A DNA stretch of 64,000 bases from Deinococcus sp. GTDB lineage: Bacteria > Deinococcota > Deinococci > Deinococcales > Deinococcaceae. Position 1 is the first letter of the stretch, and each line of letters starts with the position of its first letter. The stretch is taken from NCBI GenBank assembly GCA_965261005.1, contig OZ253375.1, positions 1,344,001 to 1,408,000 on the forward strand, written 5' to 3'. Positions 53,531 to 62,352 of the stretch are shown piece after piece. The position numbers and the translations under genes are program-made. The notes below the pieces were generated by a model that was not told the DNA's origin, made no database searches, and saw only the letters and a program-made list of their open reading frames with translations.

Positions 53531-54649
53531 ATGAAAGCCATCTTACTCAGCCTCGCCTTGCTGGCGGGCGCGGCCGTGGCGCAAACGACGGGGACACAGA
53601 CGACGGGAACGACGACCCAAACGCCGGCGGCCCCAGCAGTCCAACCCGCCCCGGCCACCCCAACGCCGGCCACCCCAACGCCACCTTCGACCGAACCGGC
53701 CGCCACGCAGGATCCCGCCACGGTGGTGGCCCGCGTTGGGGGCGACACCGTCACGCTGGGCGACTTCGAAAAGGAATACAACATCTACGTGGCCCGCCTG
53801 ATCAACGCGCAGGGCCTGCCGTACAGCGAGGACGCCCGGCCCTACTTCAACCAGTACCGGCCCGAGATCCTCAACGAGATCGCCCGCCAACGCGGCCTCG
53901 TGCAGCTCGCGGTTGGGGCGGGCATTCAGCCCGACGACGCCAAGGTGGACGAGTTGCTGGCCAGCAACAAGCAGGGCTTCGAGAACGACGACGCCTTTAC
54001 CGCCGCCCTGCAACAATCGGGCTACGCCGACGAGACCCAACTGCGCGCCGCGATTGCCGAGGGTTTGCAGGCCAGCGCCTACCTGGACAGCCTGAAGGGT
54101 AAGTTCAACTTTCCGGACGCCGTCGTGAGCAGCTACTATCAGACCCACAAGGCCGAGTTCACCCAAGAGTCCCAAGCCTGCGTGAAGCACATCCTGGTGC
54201 CCGACGAGGCCGCCGCCAAGGCCGCGAGGGCGCGGCTGGACGCCGGCGAGGACTTCGCCAAGGTGGCCGGGGACGTCTCCACCGACCCCGGCAGCAAGGA
54301 CAAGGGCGGCGACCTCGGCTGCTTCGGCCCCGGCGTCACGGTGCCCGAATTCGACAAGGCCGCCTTCACGGGGCCGCTCAACCAGATTCAGCAGGTCAAG
54401 ACCCAGTTCGGGGTTCATCTGCTGGACGTCACGGGGCGCACCGAGGCCGGCCTGCAACCGCTGGCCGACGTACAGGCCGCCATCCGCGACAAGCTGGCCC
54501 AGCAGGCCGCCCAAAAGTACGTGGCCAGCAAGCTGGCCGGCCTCAAGCTGCAAACCTTTCCGAACTTGGTCGCCCTGCCCACGCCCGAGCAGCCGGCGCC
54601 GGGGCAAACCCAGCCGGGTCAACCGGAGCCGACGCCGCCCTCCCCATAA
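53531..54649 (+). CDS. Parvulin PPIase (PrsA/SurA-like foldase)
   Basis: Signal peptide, HILV, F...A...S.D.GS...GGDLG, EF..AAF, TQFG.H. Confidence 0.92.
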   Translation: MKAILLSLALLAGAAVAQTTGTQTTGTTTQTPAAPAVQPAPATPTPATPTPPSTEPAATQDPATVVARVGGDTVTLGDFEKEYNIYVARLINAQGLPYSEDARPYFNQYRPEILNEIARQRGLVQLAVGAGIQPDDAKVDELLASNKQGFENDDAFTAALQQSGYADETQLRAAIAEGLQASAYLDSLKGKFNFPDAVVSSYYQTHKAEFTQESQACVKHILVPDEAAAKAARARLDAGEDFAKVAGDVSTDPGSKDKGGDLGCFGPGVTVPEFDKAAFTGPLNQIQQVKTQFGVHLLDVTGRTEAGLQPLADVQAAIRDKLAQQAAQKYVASKLAGLKLQTFPNLVALPTPEQPAPGQTQPGQPEPTPPSP

Positions 54650-54677
54650 CCCTCCCCATAAGAAGAGTAAACGCCCG

Positions 54678-54702
54678 CCTCCCCGCTCGGGGAGGTTTTT
54701 TT
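54678..54702 (+). terminator. Intrinsic terminator
   Basis: CCTCCCC-GCTC-GGGGAGG followed by T7. Confidence 0.85.
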
Positions 54703-54748
54703 ATGCCGCCCCGAAGAGTCAGGTGGTCCCGGCCGCTATGCTCCATTC

Positions 54749-55381
54749 ATGGCGCGCCGCGTGAATCCCATTCAAGAGCGGCGGCGCAAGGCCGAGCTGG
54801 TGCAGGCGGCTTACCTGGCGATCTACAAGCACGGCTACGCCCGCGTGACCCTCAGCGACGTGGCGCGGGCGGCGGGCGTGAGCAAGGGCACCTTGGTCTA
54901 TTACTTTGGCAGCAAGGAAAAGCTGTTCGAGGCGGTGCTGCGGCGCTTCGTGCGGACCATCGCGGTCAGCACGCGCCGCGCGCTGCGGCGGGCCGACTCT
55001 GCCGAGGACAAGCTACGCGCCTTTGTGGACAACCAGTTTTACGGCCTCGCCAACACCAAGCGCTTTTACACGGTGTACCTGGACTTTTTGTCGGCCAGCA
55101 CCAAGGACCTCAAGCTGCGCGCCGTCACCCGCGCTTTTTTCGAGGCGTCGGGCCAGCTCGACTTGGAGGTGGCGGCCCTGAGCTTGGGGGACTCGGGTTC
55201 CGGCGACCGCGAGGCGCGGGCTTGGCAATTGCGCGCCCTGGTGGACGGCCTCTCGGTCCGCTTTCTCTATGACGCAGCGCCGGACTTGGAGCTGTACCGC
55301 CAGCGCTGCCTGACGGGGGCGCGGGCGGTGCTGGGCTTGCCTACGGGGGCGGACCCCGCTTTCAAAAATACTTCATGCTAG
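54749..55381 (+). CDS. TetR family regulator (BetI-like)
   Basis: TL.DVA..AGVSKG.L.YYF.SKE.L HTH; ALVDGL. Confidence 0.92.
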   Translation: MARRVNPIQERRRKAELVQAAYLAIYKHGYARVTLSDVARAAGVSKGTLVYYFGSKEKLFEAVLRRFVRTIAVSTRRALRRADSAEDKLRAFVDNQFYGLANTKRFYTVYLDFLSASTKDLKLRAVTRAFFEASGQLDLEVAALSLGDSGSGDREARAWQLRALVDGLSVRFLYDAAPDLELYRQRCLTGARAVLGLPTGADPAFKNTSC

Positions 55382-55517
55382 AACTGTTGCCGGAAGGATT
55401 GAGTGTCTTCCTCGATCCTTTCCGAGTGGAACGAGTTGCAAGAGGAGAGCGTTTGGGTGTGCAATGGAGAGACGGAGGCGAAGCTGGAGTCTCGCAATGG
55501 AACGGCCAAATGCTCTA
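55379..55517. repeat. MITE-like repeat, copy 3 (139 bp, inverted and diverged)
   Basis: Ends TAGAACTGTTGCC / GGCCAAATGCTCTA, core CGAGTGGAACGAGT, hairpin with compensatory changes. Confidence 0.8.
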
Positions 55518-55527
55518 GGCTTTTCAC

Positions 55528-56106
55528 ATGCGCTCAAGCGGCAGCACGCCCAGCTTTTTGCCCCTCGCCGTGATCTTGCTGCTGGCGCTGAGCACGCTGC
55601 TGGCCGGGGCGCGGGGCGTCACCCATCCGGCCCCAACTTTGCTGGTGCTGGGCGCCGCGCAGTACAACGGCCACCCCTCGCCCGCCTTTAGGCGGCGGCT
55701 CGACCACGCGCTGGAACTGTACCAGGCGGGCGGCGTCAAAAGAATCGTGGTGGCGGGCGGCGTGGGCAAGGGCGACCGCTTCAGCGAGGGGGGTGTGGGC
55801 GTGAAGTACCTGGCGGGGCAGGGTGTGCCGGCGGGGCGCCTGGTCGCCGAAAAGCGCAGCCGCTCCACCTTGGAGAACTTGCTTAACAGTAAACCCTACC
55901 TGAGCGGGCCGGTCACGCTGGTCACCGACGAGGTCCACGCCACGCGGGCGCTCGCCTTGGCGCGGGGCCTCGGCCTGGACGCGGGCGTCTCCAGCGTACC
56001 CCTCGCCAGCACCGGCGAGGCCGCCGCGCGCTACAGGCGGCGCGAAAAGCTGCTGCTGGCGGCGTACACGCTGTTCGGGTTCACGGACGAGAAGAAGGGG
56101 CGTTAG
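55528..56106 (+). CDS. YdcF/DUF218 family protein
   Basis: VLGAA, RLDHA..LY, GG, SE, E..S.ST.EN, VTD..H..RA. Confidence 0.9.
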   Translation: MRSSGSTPSFLPLAVILLLALSTLLAGARGVTHPAPTLLVLGAAQYNGHPSPAFRRRLDHALELYQAGGVKRIVVAGGVGKGDRFSEGGVGVKYLAGQGVPAGRLVAEKRSRSTLENLLNSKPYLSGPVTLVTDEVHATRALALARGLGLDAGVSSVPLASTGEAAARYRRREKLLLAAYTLFGFTDEKKGR

Positions 56107-56142
56107 GTCAGTTCTTCCCTCTCGGCCTCATTTTCTACTACG

Positions 56143-57102
56143 TTACGTCCAAAAAGGGTCGCGCTCCCAGCTGGGGGCCAGTCCGAGGTATAGCTGAACG
56201 TCTATGTTTGGAGAAGCTTGGCAAAGGTCAGCGAGCCGCTGAGACCAAGTCGCCATGGGCGCAATCCGCTTGAGAAGGTGCCAAAGCACCGCAGCGAAGC
56301 CTGCGAACTTCCGGTGGTTCACGCTAACAGGCAGGCTTGGAGAAGCTTCCGGCACGATGATGTAGCTAACGTCGAGCAGCCGCGCGTGATGGGCACATAA
56401 GTTCCGTAGGTAGCTCAGCGCGTGCAACCATGATCCAAACTCTTTAGGAGAAGTGCCAAACGGTGTCGCCACGACTTTTTTATTGGCGCGCTGCTCAAGT
56501 GCCTGGTACACTTTTGACCAAGTTCCCAAAGAAAGCTGCTCGGCGATCATCCAAGCTGGCGGATGGGCAGGATGAGTGTAGGTTTCGAAATAATGCTCGC
56601 AGAAGGCATTGCGCTTGTTAGGCTCTCGCATGCGCGTCTCTCGTTCAATAGTGCGCCGTAACTCGTCGCGTTGTGTAAAGCCGTTGCGACGGCCAGGACT
56701 GGTGAAACGCTCATTGAAGAGACTGGGATCAAGTAGCCACTGCTCGCCGTACTTTGTGGCCATGTGGTCGTTGAGTGCAGCACGTACTGCCACCTCCACG
56801 CGCTCGATTGCGTCGAGTACCAATAGTCGCAGGTGGCGGTCGAATTCGTACAACTCCACGAGTTGATCGAAGGTCGAGCCGGCTCGAAAGACGTGCGACC
56901 GCTGATAGATGGAGCGACCGGAGAAACCGGGAGTATACGTTCCGGGAATCTCAAGCAGCAGTGTATAGCCGCTGAGGCGGAAGTAGCCAATGCTGGCAAG
57001 CGTTCTTTCCGCCTTGAGCTGATCGGACACGACGAGGCCGCGCAAAGCAAGTAGAGCAATTAAATCGGTGTGGGACCGCGCACTCTTCGCGAAAGTGGTC
57101 AA
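56143..57102 (-). CDS. AbiF/AbiD (Abi_2) family HEPN nuclease
   Basis: F.K......LIALL..RGL, IGYFRLSGY, LYEFD..LR, IE.VE, P.W...E..S.G, HEPN RNLCAH; true start probably TTG 57102. Confidence 0.9.
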   Translation of the reverse strand: MTTFAKSARSHTDLIALLALRGLVVSDQLKAERTLASIGYFRLSGYTLLLEIPGTYTPGFSGRSIYQRSHVFRAGSTFDQLVELYEFDRHLRLLVLDAIERVEVAVRAALNDHMATKYGEQWLLDPSLFNERFTSPGRRNGFTQRDELRRTIERETRMREPNKRNAFCEHYFETYTHPAHPPAWMIAEQLSLGTWSKVYQALEQRANKKVVATPFGTSPKEFGSWLHALSYLRNLCAHHARLLDVSYIIVPEASPSLPVSVNHRKFAGFAAVLWHLLKRIAPMATWSQRLADLCQASPNIDVQLYLGLAPSWERDPFWT

Positions 57103-57121
57103 GAAGGCCCCAAGTATAGGC

Positions 57122-57180
57122 AAAAAATAGGCCCACACTGGTTCGCTCGCAAAGCTGCGGTCGCGCTGTAGGCTCTGTTG
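57122..57180 (-). ncRNA. Candidate abiF-associated structured RNA (antitoxin or attenuator)
   Basis: Between promoter and CDS; outer stem GCCUACA/UGUGGGC, inner CGCAG/UUGCG, then U6. Confidence 0.6.
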
Positions 57181-57186
57181 GCCTTT

Positions 57187-57215
57187 AAGATAGCACCTGG
57201 ACACGGGTTTGACAA
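57187..57215 (-). promoter_or_regulatory. Sigma70-type promoter for the ncRNA/abiF unit
   Basis: Minus strand TTGTCA, 17-bp spacer, extended -10 TGcTATCTT. Confidence 0.7.
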
Positions 57216-57220
57216 GGCTG

Positions 57221-58765
57221 TTACCGCCGCAGCCGGCTCAACAGGCCGTTCACCTCGCCCACCTTAAATATCAGCGCCAGAACCAGGTACACCGCGCCGC
57301 CGACCAAGCCGCCGAGGGCCAGGCCCAAGAGACCCGGCAGCGGCTCGCCGGGGGCGGGCAGCGGGCGGGTGATCAGCCAAGCGGCCAGGCCGCTCACGGC
57401 GCCCAGCGGCAGCACCCGCGCGAGGTGGCCCATCAGCGGGCGCAGCGACAAGCCAATCTCGCGCCGGGACAGCCAGGCCAGCACCGCGCCGGTCAGGATG
57501 CCCATCATGGTGCTCGCCACGCCGAAGCCGTAGAGGCCCAGCGCCGCCGGCCGCGCCAGCACGAAGTACAGCCCCACCTCGGCCACAAAGGAGGCCGCGC
57601 TGACGCCTACCGCCGCCGCCTGCTTTTGGCGCGCGTAGAACGAGCGCAGCAGCAGGGTGTTGACGCCCCACGGCACGATGGCGAGCGCCCAGGTGGTCAG
57701 AATCTGGCTGGCGGCGGTGTACTTGATGAGGTCCAGGCCGGACAAGCTGAACACGCTGGCGGCATAAGGGGCCAGGGCCACCAGCATGGCGCTGACGGGG
57801 GCGGCCACAAAGGTGACCAGCTTGAGGGCGCGCAAGGTCAGACCGCGAAACTGCGGCCAGTCGCTCGCGGCCCCGAAGGCGGCCAGCCTGGGAAACAGGG
57901 CCAGCGCCGGCGACACCACGAAGAGGCCCTGCGCCGTCTGAAAGAGGGTCTCGGCGTTGCCGTAGCCCGTCAAGGTGCCCACCGCGAAGTTGGCCGTCAG
58001 AAAGCGGGTCACGATCAGGTTCAGGAATTGGCGCGACGAGGTGGTGAGCGCGAAGGGGGCCATCAGCAAGAGGACCCGCGAGATGCGCGGATCCCAGCGC
58101 AGGGTGGGGCGCGGCAACAGGCCGAAGCGCCCCAGGGCGGGCAGCTGGACCAGCAGCTGCGCGAGGCCGCCGACCGTCCAACCCAGCGCCAGAAAGGTGG
58201 CCGTCTTGGGGAAAATCAGCAGCACCGCGATGGCCGCGACGTTCAGGGCGATGGGCGCAAACGACGTTTCGCGAAAGTGTTCGTCGGCGTTCAGCAGGGC
58301 CATACACACCGCAGACAAGCTGACCAGCATCAAAAAGGGCATCACCAGGCGTGTCATGTAGACGGCGGTGGCGTACACCTCGGGCTTGCCCACCACGAAA
58401 AAGCTCACGATCCACGGCGCCAGCCACCAACCCAGGCCCAGCAGCAGCAGGTTGATGGCGATCAGCGTGCCGGCGAAGGTATTCGCCAGGCGGCGGCGGT
58501 CCACCTCGTCCAGCCCCTTGTACACCGGGATAAACGAGTTGACCAGGGCGCCCTCGGCCAGCAGCTCGCGGAACAAGTTGGGCACCCGGCTCGCCACCAC
58601 AAAGGCGTCGGTTAGGGTCGGGCTGAACACGTTGACGAGGAGTTGGCGCGCCACCCCGGTCAGGCGCGACCCCAGCGTGCCGAGCATCACGATCAGGATG
58701 TTTTGAAGGGAAGAGCGGCGCGGTTTGGCTCGGGGGTCGGGGGCAGTTTCGGGGGTCGGCTGCAT
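57221..58765 (-). CDS. murJ: Lipid II flippase MurJ
   Basis: SR..G..R, DAF..A.RVPN.FR.L.AEG, F.P.Y, many TM helices; start placed at ATG 58765. Confidence 0.93.
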   Translation of the reverse strand: MQPTPETAPDPRAKPRRSSLQNILIVMLGTLGSRLTGVARQLLVNVFSPTLTDAFVVASRVPNLFRELLAEGALVNSFIPVYKGLDEVDRRRLANTFAGTLIAINLLLLGLGWWLAPWIVSFFVVGKPEVYATAVYMTRLVMPFLMLVSLSAVCMALLNADEHFRETSFAPIALNVAAIAVLLIFPKTATFLALGWTVGGLAQLLVQLPALGRFGLLPRPTLRWDPRISRVLLLMAPFALTTSSRQFLNLIVTRFLTANFAVGTLTGYGNAETLFQTAQGLFVVSPALALFPRLAAFGAASDWPQFRGLTLRALKLVTFVAAPVSAMLVALAPYAASVFSLSGLDLIKYTAASQILTTWALAIVPWGVNTLLLRSFYARQKQAAAVGVSAASFVAEVGLYFVLARPAALGLYGFGVASTMMGILTGAVLAWLSRREIGLSLRPLMGHLARVLPLGAVSGLAAWLITRPLPAPGEPLPGLLGLALGGLVGGAVYLVLALIFKVGEVNGLLSRLRR

Positions 58766-58798
58766 AAGTGACCGGCCCACTGTAGCGCGCCCAGCGTG

Positions 58799-58828
58799 TT
58801 GAAGGCCCGGCCCCGCGCGTGCTAGATT
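58799..58828 (+). promoter_or_regulatory. Promoter of tRNA-Ser
   Basis: TTGAAG, 18-bp spacer, extended -10 TGcTAGATT. Confidence 0.6.
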
Positions 58829-58919
58829 TTGTTGCCGCCGTGAAGACGAGTGCCTTCTGCTCGCTTCGCTCGGGCGCGCTGGGCCGCCCGGCGCACCGAA
58901 GCACTGCACCGAAGCACTA

Positions 58920-59010
<91 letters not shown>

Positions 59011-59011
59011 C

Positions 59012-59037
59012 AAAGCCGGACGTGAGTCCGGCTTTTT
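59012..59037. terminator. Intrinsic terminator after tRNA-Ser
   Basis: AAAGCCGGAC-GTGA-GTCCGGCTTTTT. Confidence 0.85.
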
Positions 59038-59046
59038 CTATGGATT

Positions 59047-59778
59047 CTATAGAAAATTTGAGAGCGCCGCCGACAGGGCGCGCAACCCCTCGACGAGGCG
59101 CGGCCCCGGCCGGCCCAGGCCCGACTCGGGAATGCAGACGACCGGAACATCGGCCTCACGCTTGTGCACGACCTCCGGGCGCAGTTTTCCCACGCCGCAC
59201 CACAACACCACCGCCAAATCCGGCCGGGCGTCCCGCCACGCCCGCAGCTCCAGCGGCGCCGAGCGCGCGTCCAGCTCTCCAAAAGCGTTCCCGGCCCCCA
59301 GCAACTTCAGCATATCCGTCACCCAACTGCGCCCGCCCGCCACGATCACCGGGCGCGGCCACCACTCGACCGACACGCGCGGCGACCGGGCAAAGGGGCG
59401 GTGCAGGGCGGCGGCCTCGGCCCGCATGGCGGCGACGAGCTGCCGGGCTTCGCCCCTTACGCCAAGGGTCTCCCCCACCGTCAGGATATCTCCCAGCACG
59501 TCGTCCCAGCTTTCCGGGTCGAGGACCAGTTGGCGCAGCCCGGCGCGCTCCACCTCGGCGACCACCTTCTGCATGCCGGGCACGCTCAGGCTGCTCAGGA
59601 CCAAGTCTGGCTTCAGGGCGCGCAGGGCCGCCACGTCGATGTTCAGGTCCGGCCCGAGGCGCGCGGCGTGGGCGGCCCCTGGCGCGTCCGAAAAGCGGTC
59701 CACCGCGATCAGCTGACCGGCGAGGCCCAGCGCGGCCAGCAAGTCGGTGTTGGAGCAGGCCAGCGAGGCGAGGCGCAT
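59047..59778 (-). CDS. Cobalamin/helical-backbone periplasmic-binding-like protein (BtuF-like)
   Basis: R.ASL..SNT, VD.FSD, L.PDLV, EWWP.P, RPGPRL; no signal peptide. Confidence 0.8.
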   Translation of the reverse strand: MRLASLACSNTDLLAALGLAGQLIAVDRFSDAPGAAHAARLGPDLNIDVAALRALKPDLVLSSLSVPGMQKVVAEVERAGLRQLVLDPESWDDVLGDILTVGETLGVRGEARQLVAAMRAEAAALHRPFARSPRVSVEWWPRPVIVAGGRSWVTDMLKLLGAGNAFGELDARSAPLELRAWRDARPDLAVVLWCGVGKLRPEVVHKREADVPVVCIPESGLGRPGPRLVEGLRALSAALSNFL

Positions 59779-59894
59779 GGGGCAGCATGGCACAGCCCCT
59801 CAAGGTTGGGGCTGAACGTTGGGTGAAAAGTTGAGTGAAAAGAAACGCCCGCCCGGCGACAAAAGCCCCTCTGGCGCCGTGCTAGCCTGACCCC

Positions 59895-60539
59895 ATGCGG
59901 ACGTTTGCGGTTTCGATGACCTTGTTGGTGGCCGGTCTGGTCGGCACCGGGTATTACGCCTACAACTTGGGTGTGGGCAAGTACGCGAATGAGAAGAGCG
60001 TGGGCGGCGAGAACCAGCCCGGCGCGGCGAGCGGCGCGCAGCCCGGTCCAAACGGCCAGACGACGGCCGAGGTCGCTTCCGGCAACACGGGCGAGGCCGG
60101 CGAGACGGGCCGGGCGGCGCCCGACCAGCGCGGCGACAACAAGCCGGCGCAGGGGTCGGTGCCGCTGGCGAACAAGCTGAGCGGTCAGTCGAACAACCTC
60201 GCCACCGGCACGGTGTCGGGCGGCACGGCACAGGCGCAATCGGGCAGCCTGGTGCCGGTGGTGGCGCACGGCAAGACGCTCTTCAACGCCAACTGCCAAG
60301 GGTGCCACGGCGCGAACGCCCAGGGCCTGGTCGGCCCCAGCTTGGTGGCGAGCGGCGGGCCGACGGAGTGGCAGTTCGCCGACTTTCGCCGCGCCTTGCT
60401 CCAGGGTGTAACCCCGGACGGCAAGACGCTCAGCGAGACCATGCCGCGCTTCGGCGTGGTCGCCTTGCAGCCCAAGGGCCAGCCCGCCAGCGACCAAGAC
60501 CTGACAGACATTCAGGCCTACATCAAGACCCTGAAGTAA
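59895..60539 (+). CDS. Mono-heme c-type cytochrome
   Basis: N-terminal anchor, G..LF..NCQGCHG, GPSL, MP.F. Confidence 0.9.
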   Translation: MRTFAVSMTLLVAGLVGTGYYAYNLGVGKYANEKSVGGENQPGAASGAQPGPNGQTTAEVASGNTGEAGETGRAAPDQRGDNKPAQGSVPLANKLSGQSNNLATGTVSGGTAQAQSGSLVPVVAHGKTLFNANCQGCHGANAQGLVGPSLVASGGPTEWQFADFRRALLQGVTPDGKTLSETMPRFGVVALQPKGQPASDQDLTDIQAYIKTLK

Positions 60540-60593
60540 TCTTGTCACCCTGCGCTGAGGAACCTCTCACACGGGGGCGTCGTAGTGTGGGAC

Positions 60594-62216
60594 ATGGACC
60601 TTCCCCTTCCCGTGATGGACAAGTTGCCGAAGGGCCTCAAGCTGCCCACTTGGCTGGTGCTGGACGTGCACGGCCCCTACCCCGCCCGCGCGCCGGGGAA
60701 TCCCCTGCTGGCCACCCTGTCGCGCCAAGACTCGCTGGAAAGCCTCGACAAAAAGATTGACGCGCTGTGCGAGGCCGACTGGCTGCACGGCGTCCTGATC
60801 CGCCTCGGCGACTTGCCGGTGGGGGCTGCGACCGCGTGGCACCTGCTCAGGTCGCTGCGGCGCCTCTCAGAAAAGAAGCGCACCGTCGCCCACGCCAACA
60901 GCCTCGATATGGTGGGGCTGTTGGTCGCCTGCGGGGCGCGCGAAATCGCCCTGCCAGAGAGCGCCGAGCTGATGGTCAACGGCTTTTTCGTCGAAACGAC
61001 GTATCTCGGGGAGTTCCTCAAAAAGCACGGCATCGCCTTTGAGAACTTTCGTATCAAGGAGTACAAGAGCGCCCTGACCCGCTTCAGCGAGTCGGAGATG
61101 GACCCGGCCAACCGCGAACAGCGCGAGGCCCTCCTAAAAAGCGAGGAGGCGACTTGGGCGCGCGAAATCGCGGCCTCGCGCGGCCTGTCCGAGGACGCGG
61201 TGCGCGCCGCCTTCGACGAGGGCATCAGCTCGGCGCGGCGTGCGAGGGAACTCGGGCTGATTGACAAGGTCGCCTACGAGGACGAGCTGGTCGGCCCCGG
61301 CACCCGCCCCCTTTCGGCAGCGGCGCGCGCCCTGTTCGGCATGGACTTGCCGGACCTTTCCTTCGGCGCCCCCGACCGGGTCGCGGTGGTGAACGTGCTG
61401 GGCACCATCGTGCCGGGCAGAAGCCGCCAGAACCCGCTGCCCATCCCGCTGTTCGGTGGTCCGCGGATAGGCGCCGACAACGTGGTGAGCGCGCTCAGAA
61501 AGGCCCAAAAGGACAAGGCGACGAGGGCCATCGTGCTGTACGTGGATTCCGGCGGCGGCTCGGCGCTGGCGTCGGACTTGATGTGGCGCGAGGTGGCGCG
61601 CAGCGGGAAGCCGGTGGTCGCGGTGATGGGCAACGTGGCGGCCTCGGGCGGCTATTACGTCCTGACGCACGCCAAAAAGGTGATCGCGGCCCCCACCACT
61701 ATCACCGGCTCGATTGGCGTTGTCATCGGCAAGCCGGTGTTGCAGGAGTTTAACGAACGCCAGGGGTTCAACCCCGAGCGCACCAGTCGCGGCCAGTATG
61801 CCGGGCTGCTGAGCCTCAGCACGCCATGGAACGAGAACGAGCGCGCCTTGGTGGAGCGCTCCTTGGACGAAGTCTACGACCGCTTCACCAATCGGGTCGC
61901 CGAGGGACGCGGCCTCACCCAGGCGCGCGTGAACGAGATCGGGCGCGGCCGGATCTGGTCGGGCCAGGACGCGCTGGGCCTCGGCCTGGTGGACGAGTTG
62001 GGCGACCTCAACACCGGCCTGATGCGCGCCCGCGAACTCGCCGGCCTCAGCTACGACGCCCCGAGTTGGACCGTCTCGGGCGGGCGCTGGGAATTGCCGG
62101 ACCTTTCGGCGGCCGTCTCGGTTGAGGCGCTGTTGACGGAGGCGCTGCCGTTCACTTGGACCCGGGAGCGGGCGCTCATGTTGCTTGACGCCGACTGGAA
62201 GCTGCGCTCGCGCTGA
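60594..62216 (+). CDS. sppA: Signal peptide peptidase SppA
   Basis: [36 protein letters not shown]. Confidence 0.92.
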   Translation: MDLPLPVMDKLPKGLKLPTWLVLDVHGPYPARAPGNPLLATLSRQDSLESLDKKIDALCEADWLHGVLIRLGDLPVGAATAWHLLRSLRRLSEKKRTVAHANSLDMVGLLVACGAREIALPESAELMVNGFFVETTYLGEFLKKHGIAFENFRIKEYKSALTRFSESEMDPANREQREALLKSEEATWAREIAASRGLSEDAVRAAFDEGISSARRARELGLIDKVAYEDELVGPGTRPLSAAARALFGMDLPDLSFGAPDRVAVVNVLGTIVPGRSRQNPLPIPLFGGPRIGADNVVSALRKAQKDKATRAIVLYVDSGGGSALASDLMWREVARSGKPVVAVMGNVAASGGYYVLTHAKKVIAAPTTITGSIGVVIGKPVLQEFNERQGFNPERTSRGQYAGLLSLSTPWNENERALVERSLDEVYDRFTNRVAEGRGLTQARVNEIGRGRIWSGQDALGLGLVDELGDLNTGLMRARELAGLSYDAPSWTVSGGRWELPDLSAAVSVEALLTEALPFTWTRERALMLLDADWKLRSR

Positions 62217-62237
62217 ACGCTCGTGTATACTCCCAAC

Positions 62238-62279
62238 ATGTTCCGGGCGCACAGCATGCGGGGTTCCCTCGACGGCTAG
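62238..62279 (+). CDS. Putative leaderless leader peptide [13 protein letters not shown]
   Basis: TATACT (62226-62231), 6 nt, then ATG; second Met at codon 7; precedes a terminator and metG. Confidence 0.5.
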   Translation: MFRAHSMRGSLDG

Positions 62280-62294
62280 CACAAGCTAGGCCGC

Positions 62295-62327
62295 ACGGGG
62301 GCGCTGTGCTGGCGCCCCGTTTTTTTT
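62295..62327 (+). terminator. Attenuator-like terminator in the metG leader
   Basis: ACGGGGGCGC-TGTGCTG-GCGCCCCGT followed by a T run, 25 bp before the metG ATG. Confidence 0.75.
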
Positions 62328-62352
62328 GCCGTTCAGTGTTGGGGGAAAGCTT

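Noticed and set aside
53585..53700. Thr/Pro/Ala-rich repeats in the PPIase, and similar linkers in hisG and cytochrome c
   Set aside because: Ordinary low-complexity protein linkers
62226..62352. T-box or SAM riboswitch upstream of metG
   Set aside because: Leader is too short and lacks the T-box UGGNACC bulge or S-box core; a leader-peptide model fits better
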